From sequence record PP355768.1: a stretch of DNA of 64,000 bases; one strand, given 5' to 3'. Positions 32,107-39,080 of this stretch are shown here, piece after piece (position 1 is the first letter of the stretch; every line of letters starts with the position of its first letter). The notes beneath the pieces were generated by a model. That model saw nothing but the letters and a program-made list of their open reading frames with translations, had not been told where the DNA came from and searched no databases. Position numbers and translations under genes: made by a program.

Positions 32107-32334
32107 TTAAACTATTGCGGGAATAATGCTGGCGGATATTCCAAAGGCTACGGCTAGAATAATAAAGATTATTGACCAGCGGCGGCAAATATTCGCTTTC
32201 TTAAACCAGAAGTCACGGCGGAATAAATCCATTTGTTCACTGCCTATTTCCATGAAATTATAATAACCATAGAGACAAGCGGCGGCGAAAAAGCCAGCGA
32301 TAAGAATTAAGGATTCAGTAGGGAAAAAGATCAT
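32107..32334 (-). CDS. Small two-TM membrane protein
   Basis: 75 aa with two hydrophobic segments; between A2 and A1. Confidence 0.75.
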   Translation of the reverse strand: MIFFPTESLILIAGFFAAACLYGYYNFMEIGSEQMDLFRRDFWFKKANICRRWSIIFIILAVAFGISASIIPAIV

Positions 32335-32600
32335 TTTACAACCTCCTTTTCTTCTACGCTGAAAGCGTAATTAAGAAGGTAAATTTCGCGGGAAGATAAT
32401 TCCAACATTTCCGGCTTAAATACTTCGCGGTTAATAGCCATACCGTAAGTATCCGCATCAGGGTTAACCCACAAAACAATATATTCAGGTACTTTAACGC
32501 TTGGGGGCGTCATAACCTTATTATCCTGATAACCCGTCTGGATTAATTCATCCACAACGGTTCCCGTTAATTTAATAACGGAGCCTCTAATTAAAGCCAT
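32331..32600 (-). CDS. Pre-early hypothetical protein
   Basis: 89 aa; GGAG RBS; ATGA coupling to the next ORF. Confidence 0.7.
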   Translation of the reverse strand: MALIRGSVIKLTGTVVDELIQTGYQDNKVMTPPSVKVPEYIVLWVNPDADTYGMAINREVFKPEMLELSSREIYLLNYAFSVEEKEVVK

Positions 32601-32666
32601 TTTATTTCTCCAGTTATGGGGGACAAAATATTTAATTATGCGCCCCGCTAGGGAGGCGCATTATAA

Positions 32667-33071
32667 TTATTCTGCCGACTCTTTTACTTCATCCTGAACG
32701 CCAACCATACGGGCGATAACGTCCAGTTGATCCAGCTTCATTTGTTCCAAACTTGCCAGGCCGTCGGCATCTTCGATCAGGCCGTCAGCAATGGCGTGCT
32801 GAGTGAGAACGCGCACATAGTGAGCCTTACGCAGGGAGGAACCGCCGCCGACTTTGCGCGGCTTATCGGACTTCTGATACACCTTTGCGCTAACCAGTTT
32901 AGAGCGCACTTTAACATGCGATTCAGCACCGACAGCCTTTGCAATATCGATAAGACCTTGCGAGTTAGCCACCTCCAGACCTTCGGCGGCAATAATGCCT
33001 TCATACATAGAAATCGCAGTTGCGGCGTTTGTTTCGTTCCATGCAAATTTTTCGGTTTTAGTAGCAGTCAT
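32667..33071 (-). CDS. A2: A2 protein (second-step DNA transfer, DNA-binding)
   Basis: 134 aa; VRSKLVSAKVYQKS..RKVGGGSS.RKAHYVR as in T5 A2. Confidence 0.92.
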   Translation of the reverse strand: MTATKTEKFAWNETNAATAISMYEGIIAAEGLEVANSQGLIDIAKAVGAESHVKVRSKLVSAKVYQKSDKPRKVGGGSSLRKAHYVRVLTQHAIADGLIEDADGLASLEQMKLDQLDVIARMVGVQDEVKESAE

Positions 33072-33365
33072 GATATATCTCCAGTTTTATTTAAGGGTTA
33101 AGGCTAGAATGTTATTCCTAATAAGCTGTTAATAATAGCGGTTAACCTCATCACCGTAATATTCCGGCACTATCGTTAAAAGTATTATACAGCTTATTCA
33201 GAAAACACTTTAAAGCTATTTCTTTCAAAATATATTAGCGCATTATTCGTCGCTTTATTTTGCCGCTCTTAATTGCCGCGGTAGCATGATATGTACCGTC
33301 GAAAGGATATATTATAAATATACCGAATCGCCGGGTGAGGCGGTTTAATTAATACCATTTAGCCG

Positions 33366-33626
33366 TTAAGCGACGGCTAACCATTTATCATCTTTGCGAA
33401 TAACCTTTACAACGTCGCCGGAATCGACCCGGACGCTATAAAGTTTTAAATCACTGTTTTTTGCTTTTTCCGTTTCGGCGTATACCGCGTTGATTTTATC
33501 AAACGGGATCATAGCCGCCCCTTTGATATATCCGATTTTTTCATTTTCGCCCGGCTTACTTACGTCGCCAGTAACAAAAGGAATAAAAACGGAATCACCG
33601 ATCATTGGGGTTTTAACGTTCTGCAT
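33366..33626 (-). CDS. Pre-early hypothetical protein
   Basis: 86 aa; GGAG RBS. Confidence 0.72.
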   Translation of the reverse strand: MQNVKTPMIGDSVFIPFVTGDVSKPGENEKIGYIKGAAMIPFDKINAVYAETEKAKNSDLKLYSVRVDSGDVVKVIRKDDKWLAVA

Positions 33627-33732
33627 GTTTCTTACTCCAGTTTAGTTTATTGGGTTATCCGGTTAACACTCTTTTACTGCTAGAGTGTTAACAGAAAACT
33701 CAATTACCCTTACTGAGAGAATCGACTTTTCC

Positions 33733-33797
33733 AAATTTTTAAAGAGCGGTGTTGCTTATTGAGATTCTATAATAAAGCGTTATCGGCAGATTGTCAA
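33733..33797 (-). promoter_or_regulatory. Pre-early promoter followed by a boxA-like site
   Basis: TTGACA (33797-33792)-17-TATTAT (33774-33769); CGCTCTTTAAAAATTT at 33748-33733. Confidence 0.75.
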
Positions 33798-33982
33798 ACG
33801 TTATTTTGTAAAGATTTTAGATAACGCATCATGTTATCCCAAATCATCGGCAAGCCTTGCTGACCTCCGCGCTGATAAGAGCGGTAACGCCGTTTTATAT
33901 CGCGCTGCATTTTGACCAATTCCGAGCCTGCCATTTTGTTCAATTTTGCTGCCGGTTTAGATGATATTACAAATCGTTTCAT
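33794..33982 (-). CDS. Small basic pre-early protein
   Basis: 62 aa Lys/Arg-rich; AAAGG RBS. Confidence 0.65.
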   Translation of the reverse strand: MKRFVISSKPAAKLNKMAGSELVKMQRDIKRRYRSYQRGGQQGLPMIWDNMMRYLKSLQNNV

Positions 33983-33997
33983 GTTGTCAACCTTTAA

Positions 33998-34123
33998 TTA
34001 GTGGAGTGTATGATTTCGTTTCTTTTCCATAAAGATGTTCCCATCTTTATGTTGGAAATAAACTTCTGTATCATACACCTCTAAATACTGCTTTATGAAT
34101 TCTTCAACTTCTTCAACGGTCAT
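33998..34123 (-). CDS. Small acidic ORF (41 aa); its natural start at 34158 appears frameshifted
   Basis: MTVEEVEEFIKQYLEVY...; the upstream ATG AAT T|AAA ATC AAT CGA would extend it in another frame. Confidence 0.4.
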   Translation of the reverse strand: MTVEEVEEFIKQYLEVYDTEVYFQHKDGNIFMEKKRNHTLH

Positions 34124-34212
34124 AGCAGCCGCTACATTTCGATTGATTTTAATTCATGTTTTCGGTTCCCTTATAAAGTAAAGAAAGCCGATAACGCTTT
34201 TTATAGAATCCC

Positions 34213-34228
34213 AAATTGTTAAAGAGCA
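34213..34228 (-). promoter_or_regulatory. rrn-type boxA antitermination element
   Basis: TGCTCTTTAACAATTT, identical to the E. coli rrn leader boxA. Confidence 0.75.
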
Positions 34229-34230
34229 GT

Positions 34231-34359
34231 GTAGGGCGGGGGCAGACTATACTTGTTTCGGCCTTTCCGTTCGGGGTAGTCGGGGCTATGTTACCGCCTC
34301 CTGATACCTGACTACTAGTGAAACGCTTTCGTGTTTCCCGTTTCGTCTTGCCGCCCTAC
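34231..34359 (-). ncRNA. Candidate structured 5' leader RNA (129 nt)
   Basis: GTAGGGCGG/CCGCCCTAC closing stem, internal GTAGTC/GACTAC stem and GAAA-capped hairpin; starts at the predicted TSS. Confidence 0.6.
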
Positions 34360-34366
34360 GAGATAA

Positions 34367-34394
34367 ATAATAACACAATGACGTTTAGCCGCAA
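34367..34394 (-). promoter_or_regulatory. Pre-early promoter driving the leader and A2-A1-dmp direction
   Basis: TTGCGG-16-TATTAT with an extended TG. Confidence 0.6.
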
Positions 34395-34590
34395 GCGGAG
34401 AATTGTAAAGAAGCGTAAAGAGAAAACAGGCCCACGATAGATAGGAAGCGCGCGCACGTGACACAATATTTAAAGAAAGTCAACGAATATTTTTACTATT
34501 TTTCTTCAAAAGGGGTTGACAAAAGCTATTTCACACGAGGTGAGGAGATCGCCTCATACCCGGTATGATTCATCGGCTTTTATCTAAAAC

Positions 34591-34911
34591 CGCTTAGAAT
34601 CGATTCTAGAGCGTTTTAGACCCTGTTAATAACTTATACAAAAAGCAAAAATGAAATTTAATTAGTTATCCACTAGACAAATGATTATTTTTATGAAAAC
34701 GCAAAATAATGCTTGCGTTTATTTTATGCTGTACTCCTGTTTTCCGGGCAAGTTATCCACAGCACAAAATAACTTGACAAGCTGAGAAGCGGTATAACGA
34801 GATATCCCCAGACTTATCCACAGGTTATCCTACTGTATATTTATACAGTATATTCCAGCAGCGGTAATACTCTAATATACCCCTAGAACGCTCTATAACG
34901 CATTCTGAGCG
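34591..34911. repeat. Non-coding block: inverted 29-bp motif pair flanking DnaA-box-like sites and a LexA box
   Basis: CGCTTAGAATCGATTCTAGAGCGTTTTAG (34591-34619) and an inverted copy (34883-34911); TTATCCACA at 34753-34761 and 34814-34822. Confidence 0.75.
34831..34850. promoter_or_regulatory. LexA (SOS) box
   Basis: TACTGTATATTTATACAGTA, 1 mismatch to the consensus TACTGTATATATATACAGTA. Confidence 0.75.
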
Positions 34912-34959
34912 CTTTAAATTTAGAAGCCATATTAAAGGCCATTGCTAGAGGGGCGCAGA

Positions 34960-34995
34960 AAAACAAAAAGCCCGCTCATTATAAGCAGGCTTATT
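34960..34995 (-). terminator. Terminator after the leftward pre-early operon
   Basis: Minus strand AAGCCTGCT..AGCGGGCTT followed by TTTGTTTTT. Confidence 0.65.
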
Positions 34996-35011
34996 ATTAG
35001 TTAGCTAACTA

Positions 35012-35359
35012 TTAGCGGAATACCGTTTCAATTGTTTCGCCGCTAGAGCATACCGACCCGCCGCGATAAAACAGGCGTTCGGTTTTATATTTGGTTAGCA
35101 GATCATAGAGATCCAGATCATCGGAAAGCGGGTAAGATTCCCCCAGCGCGGAAACGGAAACAGGTTTACCCGCCACCAGATCACGGCAAATCAGAATCAG
35201 CAAAGGCCAACTAATATTGATAGCATCGCCCCGCAATCCAATTTTGAGGGTAGCCACTTCGTCAATATGACGCGCATTCTGGCGGCTAACGTATTGAATC
35301 ACAGATTCCATCGTTTTATAGTGAGCCAGAAAATATTTGTTGACATAGATATAAATCAT
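35012..35359 (-). CDS. Pre-early hypothetical protein
   Basis: 115 aa; ATGA coupling. Confidence 0.72.
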   Translation of the reverse strand: MIYIYVNKYFLAHYKTMESVIQYVSRQNARHIDEVATLKIGLRGDAINISWPLLILICRDLVAGKPVSVSALGESYPLSDDLDLYDLLTKYKTERLFYRGGSVCSSGETIETVFR

Positions 35360-35880
35360 AGGTATACGACCCCGCTAACCTTCCAACCGGATTTTAAACC
35401 TTCCTCAATATGAAGAATAGTTTCAGCATCCGGGATATAGATAAACGTTTTCAATTCGCGCAGATTAATGACCGCCTTTCCGTCAACTATCTGGATATAG
35501 CCCAAATAGATTGCCCGCTCTAGAACGGAATGAAGGGGCGAACCACCATTAACGAGGTTGCAGGAATGACCGGGCCAGTACATATAAAACGACCCTTCTA
35601 CCCCAGCATTACAGTATTTTTCGTCGTCGTCTTCTTCCCAATCATCCTCGCCTAACATACTTTCAGCATGTTCGCAAGCCTTTTCCCAGGAAAGGGAATC
35701 GACGTCAATTCCACGACCTAAAAAATGAAGGTCAGTCCAGCCAGTACCGCAAAGGTTAGTATCACATTTGAGGACAGCGGCGACTTCCTGAGACTCAATT
35801 CGCCCGCCCTCTAAATATAAACCTTCTTCCGCTTCTACCGTACAATTAATGCCCGGTACGCAAGATTTCATATGAAACAT
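35356..35880 (-). CDS. Pre-early hypothetical protein, acidic
   Basis: ATG 35880 after GGAG; GEDDWEEDDDE patch. Confidence 0.72.
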   Translation of the reverse strand: MFHMKSCVPGINCTVEAEEGLYLEGGRIESQEVAAVLKCDTNLCGTGWTDLHFLGRGIDVDSLSWEKACEHAESMLGEDDWEEDDDEKYCNAGVEGSFYMYWPGHSCNLVNGGSPLHSVLERAIYLGYIQIVDGKAVINLRELKTFIYIPDAETILHIEEGLKSGWKVSGVVYL

Positions 35881-35933
35881 GGTTTTCTCCAATAATGGGG
35901 GCGGCTAGAGATTCAGCCGCCGGGAAGGGGATT

Positions 35934-36431
35934 TTACAGCTTATCGCGGAAAGTATCAAGCCGGTTGTTTAGCTCTTTAATCGCGTCGGCATGGATTTCG
36001 TCATACGTTGACACGATATCCGCCAGCTCATCCATAGTTAGCGCGCTAACATTAATATCAGTTTTCACGGTTAGCTTTTCCGGTTCCGGGGCGGCTGGTG
36101 GTTCCGTGGAGAAGCTGAGAGATTCCGGGCGAACTAGGAAAATCTCTAGTTCGGTTGCACCGTTTTCACAGTCAACCTCATACGTATTTTCCCCAATGTA
36201 AACATCAAAACCGTAACCGTAAACTCCACCAACACGCAACGCCATTCCGGTGATTTCGTCGTGATCGGGGTAACAATCGCGGCGGTCAATTTGTTGCGCC
36301 AAAGCCTTAACGTTATCTTTTGCAACAATAATTGCAAAGCGTTCGCACCGCTCGTCTGCGTTGCGCAAATAGCGGAAAGCCTCGGCAAGCGTCATCTTTT
36401 TACCTTCAAAAGTAGCGGTTAACCGTTCCAT
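35934..36431 (-). CDS. Pre-early hypothetical protein
   Basis: 165 aa; GGAG RBS. Confidence 0.72.
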   Translation of the reverse strand: MERLTATFEGKKMTLAEAFRYLRNADERCERFAIIVAKDNVKALAQQIDRRDCYPDHDEITGMALRVGGVYGYGFDVYIGENTYEVDCENGATELEIFLVRPESLSFSTEPPAAPEPEKLTVKTDINVSALTMDELADIVSTYDEIHADAIKELNNRLDTFRDKL

Positions 36432-36496
36432 TTTTGTCTCCAGTTAGTTAGCAGGGTAATTATTATAGCGCCCCATTATAGAGGCGCTGGATATAA

Positions 36497-37459
36497 TTAC
36501 TCTGATTCGTTTTCAATCAGGCTAGAAAGATTGACGCCTTTCAATACTTCGTCAATCATTTCGCCTACATTGAAACTTTGTACCAGTTCCAACATGGCGG
36601 CTTGCATTGCAGCGTCAGCCGCAATCACCGCTTTGCGGTTGTTCGGCGCATACTGGCTAACCGCAAAATTCAGCAGGTTAGCAATTACCACACGACCTAC
36701 CGCCGTGTCAACATAACCGCGAACCATAAACGGCGCTTTGCTGGCGGCGATGCCGGAAACTTTTTTCAGGACGATGGAACCAGCTTCCAGTTTGGCAGCG
36801 TTTACGGCAGCGTTTTTGTTAGCGGCAACGATAGCGGTAGCGGTAGATTTGATAGTATTCATTTGTAATGCTCCAGTCTCAAAATTATTAGGGTTAACTA
36901 CATTTTCAGTAACAGCCGGGGCGACTTCTTCTAGCTCGCCATCATAACGATAATTTCCAGTCCTTGCCCCTTCTTCGATTTCGATATCGTAGAAGTTACA
37001 TGGTAACAGGATACTACCGTCCTTGTCAAGCACAAAAATCATCATTTCGCTAGAGATTCGTGCTGGTGGTAGTTCCAGATGATCACAAAGATTTTTAATC
37101 CATGCGCGGGCATCGGTGAAAGCAAGCAGTTCGCTTTCATGGTAGCAAAAACGTCTCGACGCTTGCTTACCCTCGGACGCCTTATACAAATAAGCGTCCG
37201 TAGTAGTAGACACTATCAGATCAATAGGCTGGCTGTCAACCAAATATTGATCATCGTGATAAATAACAATCGCCGCGCCGGGGTTGGCTAGAGCGTAGTC
37301 ACGGCAATGCTCAAAGGCATAGCCGGATCTACTTTCCATATTTGCGCGATAAACGGCCAAAATATGACCAATAGAGGCGCACTTACTGCCGTCTAACAGG
37401 TTGCGAGCGCCACCGCGAACCATAGGCAAATTAGCAACGGGGGTAAACTTCTGTAACAT
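36497..37459 (-). CDS. Pre-early hypothetical protein with an Ala-rich amphipathic C-terminal half
   Basis: 320 aa; first gene after a promoter; AAAGGAG RBS. Confidence 0.78.
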   Translation of the reverse strand: MLQKFTPVANLPMVRGGARNLLDGSKCASIGHILAVYRANMESRSGYAFEHCRDYALANPGAAIVIYHDDQYLVDSQPIDLIVSTTTDAYLYKASEGKQASRRFCYHESELLAFTDARAWIKNLCDHLELPPARISSEMMIFVLDKDGSILLPCNFYDIEIEEGARTGNYRYDGELEEVAPAVTENVVNPNNFETGALQMNTIKSTATAIVAANKNAAVNAAKLEAGSIVLKKVSGIAASKAPFMVRGYVDTAVGRVVIANLLNFAVSQYAPNNRKAVIAADAAMQAAMLELVQSFNVGEMIDEVLKGVNLSSLIENESE

Positions 37460-37491
37460 TTTCTGTTACTCCTTTGTTTGGCTGAGAATCT

Positions 37492-37634
37492 ATTATAGCA
37501 AGATTCCCAGCTTTTTAGCAAGCACTATTTTCTCTAGGCTTGTTCCCGTTCAGGAGATCGCATTATGGCGGAATCGGATTTGATTGTCTACTACTAAAAA
37601 TAGTAGTTGCTTCCCGCTAGAGTTATGTTATTAT
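37492..37634. promoter_or_regulatory. Divergent pre-early promoters
   Basis: Minus: TTGCTA-18-TATAAT (37521-37492). Plus: TTGCTT-16-TG.TATTAT (37607-37634). Confidence 0.65.
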
Positions 37635-37662
37635 TATGACTCCAAACAAAGGAGATCGAAAA

Positions 37663-37776
37663 ATGGCTTTTTCAATGTTGGCGCTCGGTTTAGTCGGTTC
37701 TATGATGGTTTTGGGCTTTATCGCTTTTTGCGGCTATGCCCTCTATGATACCTTGTTTAATAAGGAGGCTTTTTAA
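37663..37776 (+). CDS. 37-aa single-pass membrane peptide
   Basis: AAAGGAG RBS; MAFSMLALGLVGSMMVLGFIAFCGYALYDTLFNKEAF. Confidence 0.6.
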   Translation: MAFSMLALGLVGSMMVLGFIAFCGYALYDTLFNKEAF

Positions 37777-37876
37777 TGAGAACTTTACGCGGTGGTAGTT
37801 CCTAGAGACTAAATGGATTGCTATTTCTGCAATTATTAGCTTGCTAATCTTATGGGTAGCGGAGGTATTTTTATGA
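37776..37876 (+). pseudogene. Broken paralogue of the next gene
   Basis: MRTLRGGSS resembles MSRSLRGGSP; the hydrophobic tail KWIAISAIISLLILWVAEVFL is in another frame. Confidence 0.45.
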
Positions 37877-38052
37877 GTAGATCATTACGGGGCGGTAGCC
37901 CAAAAAGCCGGGGACACGGGATTTACCACGTCCGGCAGTCTAACGATCGTTTTCGCCAGGAAATACGCTCCAGCGAAAAAGTTAAGGGCGTGCAATGGCC
38001 TTGGGTTGTTATCCTGATAATCGTTCTCATTATCATTGGGTCGGCTTTATGA
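37873..38052 (+). CDS. Small basic protein with a C-terminal TM anchor
   Basis: GGAGG RBS before ATG 37873; WPWVVILIIVLIIIGSAL tail. Confidence 0.65.
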   Translation: MSRSLRGGSPKSRGHGIYHVRQSNDRFRQEIRSSEKVKGVQWPWVVILIIVLIIIGSAL

Positions 38053-38192
38053 TGCTTACAATCCTATTTATTAGCCTGCTATGTATTCTGCCCGGCCTGG
38101 TGGCGCTAGAGGTCTGGTCACGATCACCGGTTGACGCGGAGCGCGAATTAGAGCGCGAAAAAGCAAAGCGTGACGGCTGCCCGTTGCTATAG
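38049..38192 (+). CDS. 47-aa membrane protein
   Basis: ATGA-coupled; MMLTILFISLLCILPGLVALEVW then a charged tail. Confidence 0.6.
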   Translation: MMLTILFISLLCILPGLVALEVWSRSPVDAERELEREKAKRDGCPLL

Positions 38193-38200
38193 GTCGGCTT

Positions 38201-38299
38201 TATGATACTTTTGATAATAGTTAGCATAGTAATTATTACACTGGCAATAGTTTCGGTCGTAAACTATTTTTGGCCTGAATGTTTTCACGGCGATATGTA
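38201..38299 (+). CDS. 32-aa membrane peptide
   Basis: MILLIIVSIVIITLAIVSVVNYFWPECFHGDM; shares the GGTCGGCTTTATGAT start context with the previous ORF. Confidence 0.55.
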
Positions 38300-38362
38300 A
38301 GAGTGTCGCCGCCCTCCTCCACCGCGTGACCCCTTACTAAAATACCCCCACGAAAATTAAAT

Positions 38363-38470
38363 CGCTTAGAACGCTTCCTAGAGCGCTTAAAATCGATATC
38401 AGCAGAAAGTGTTGCTGGGAAATACTGTATAAATATACAGTAGGATAACCTGTTGATAAGTCTGTTGATA
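38363..38470. repeat. Inverted copy of the 34803-34911 module (29-bp motif, LexA box, DnaA-like boxes)
   Basis: Reverse complement of 38413-38470 aligns to 34803-34860 with an identical ~30-bp core. Confidence 0.8.
38423..38442. promoter_or_regulatory. LexA (SOS) box
   Basis: TACTGTATAAATATACAGTA, exact reverse complement of the box at 34831. Confidence 0.75.
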
Positions 38471-38565
38471 ACTCGCTACCGATCGATTGAGGCGTCAAGC
38501 TAATTTACAATTTTGTATAACTCTGGGGATAACTTAAATGATAGTGTTTCTCACTTCCTTTTTGA

Positions 38566-38660
38566 AATGCGAATCATTCTCATTCGCATTCAGCTCGGTA
38601 AACGCAAATCATTCTCATTCGCATTCAACTTCTCAAATGCGAATCGTTCTCATTCGTATT
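38566..38660. repeat. Three 25-bp palindromic repeats at 35-bp period, Fur-box-like
   Basis: AATGCGAATCATTCTCATTCGCATT and variants at 38566, 38601, 38636. Confidence 0.85.
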
Positions 38661-38692
38661 TGCATTTCCGACCCCCCGGCCCTTCCTGCGCT

Positions 38693-38904
38693 TATGTGCG
38701 AATCCGACAATTTGTCAAGCAAAATATTACGTGAGGCTGCTAGGGTATGTGCAAATCCGATGAAAATTTATTTTTACCGCCCTGGGGGTTGGCGTGAGTT
38801 GGTGGAAGTATGTGCAAATCCGACACAGCTAGTAAATATAGCAGCGCGCAGTTTGCTGCGGCGCAGCGGTGGGCGCGAGTTTGGGGAAGTATGTGCAAAT
38901 CCGA
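38693..38904 (+). repeat. Four direct 15-bp repeats in the putative injection-stop region
   Basis: TATGTGC(A/G)AATCCGA at 38693, 38746, 38809, 38890. Confidence 0.9.
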
Positions 38905-39080
38905 CGGGTATTTTTTAGGGGAGGGATAAACGGGGTTAATTGGGGCAATTCGGGGATGATGGGGGCAGGGGGCAGATAAGGGAAAATATTATGAGTTAAA
39001 TGAGGGTAAAGGGGTTGACACAGAAAAAATTCCTGTGGCTCATCTATCTATTTAATCTAACTTTTTTATCTTATAGAGTT

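Larger units (their letters stand above)
28640..39060. other. Collapsed long direct terminal repeat / first-step-transfer (pre-early) region; boundaries approximate
   Basis: dmp-A1-A2 gene set lies between the late cluster and early genes, as in a circularised T5-like assembly; ~10 kb span. Confidence 0.75.

Noticed and set aside
34255-34285. Hammerhead ribozyme (GAAAGGCCGAAAC on the minus strand)
   Set aside because: The CUGAnGA core is absent and the GGCC has no pairing partner
34285-34300. ops/RfaH site (GGCGGTAACATA, minus strand)
   Set aside because: Mismatches at conserved positions of GGCGGTAGnnTG; a single weak copy
34317-34332. LacI-family (PurR/GalR-like) operator AGTGAAACGCTTTCGT
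   Set aside because: Better explained as the GAAA-capped hairpin arm of the leader RNA; a single degenerate match
34505-34545. Promoters at TTGACA 34519 and 39014
   Set aside because: No -10 element at a 16-18 bp spacing
34676-34695. Additional Fur box in the left non-coding block
   Set aside because: A 13/19 match arises in very AT-rich sequence without the dyad or repetition seen at 38566-38660
38693-38904. CRISPR array from the 15-21-bp repeats
   Set aside because: Repeats are too short, spacers are irregular (38-66 bp) and G-rich, and there are no cas genes
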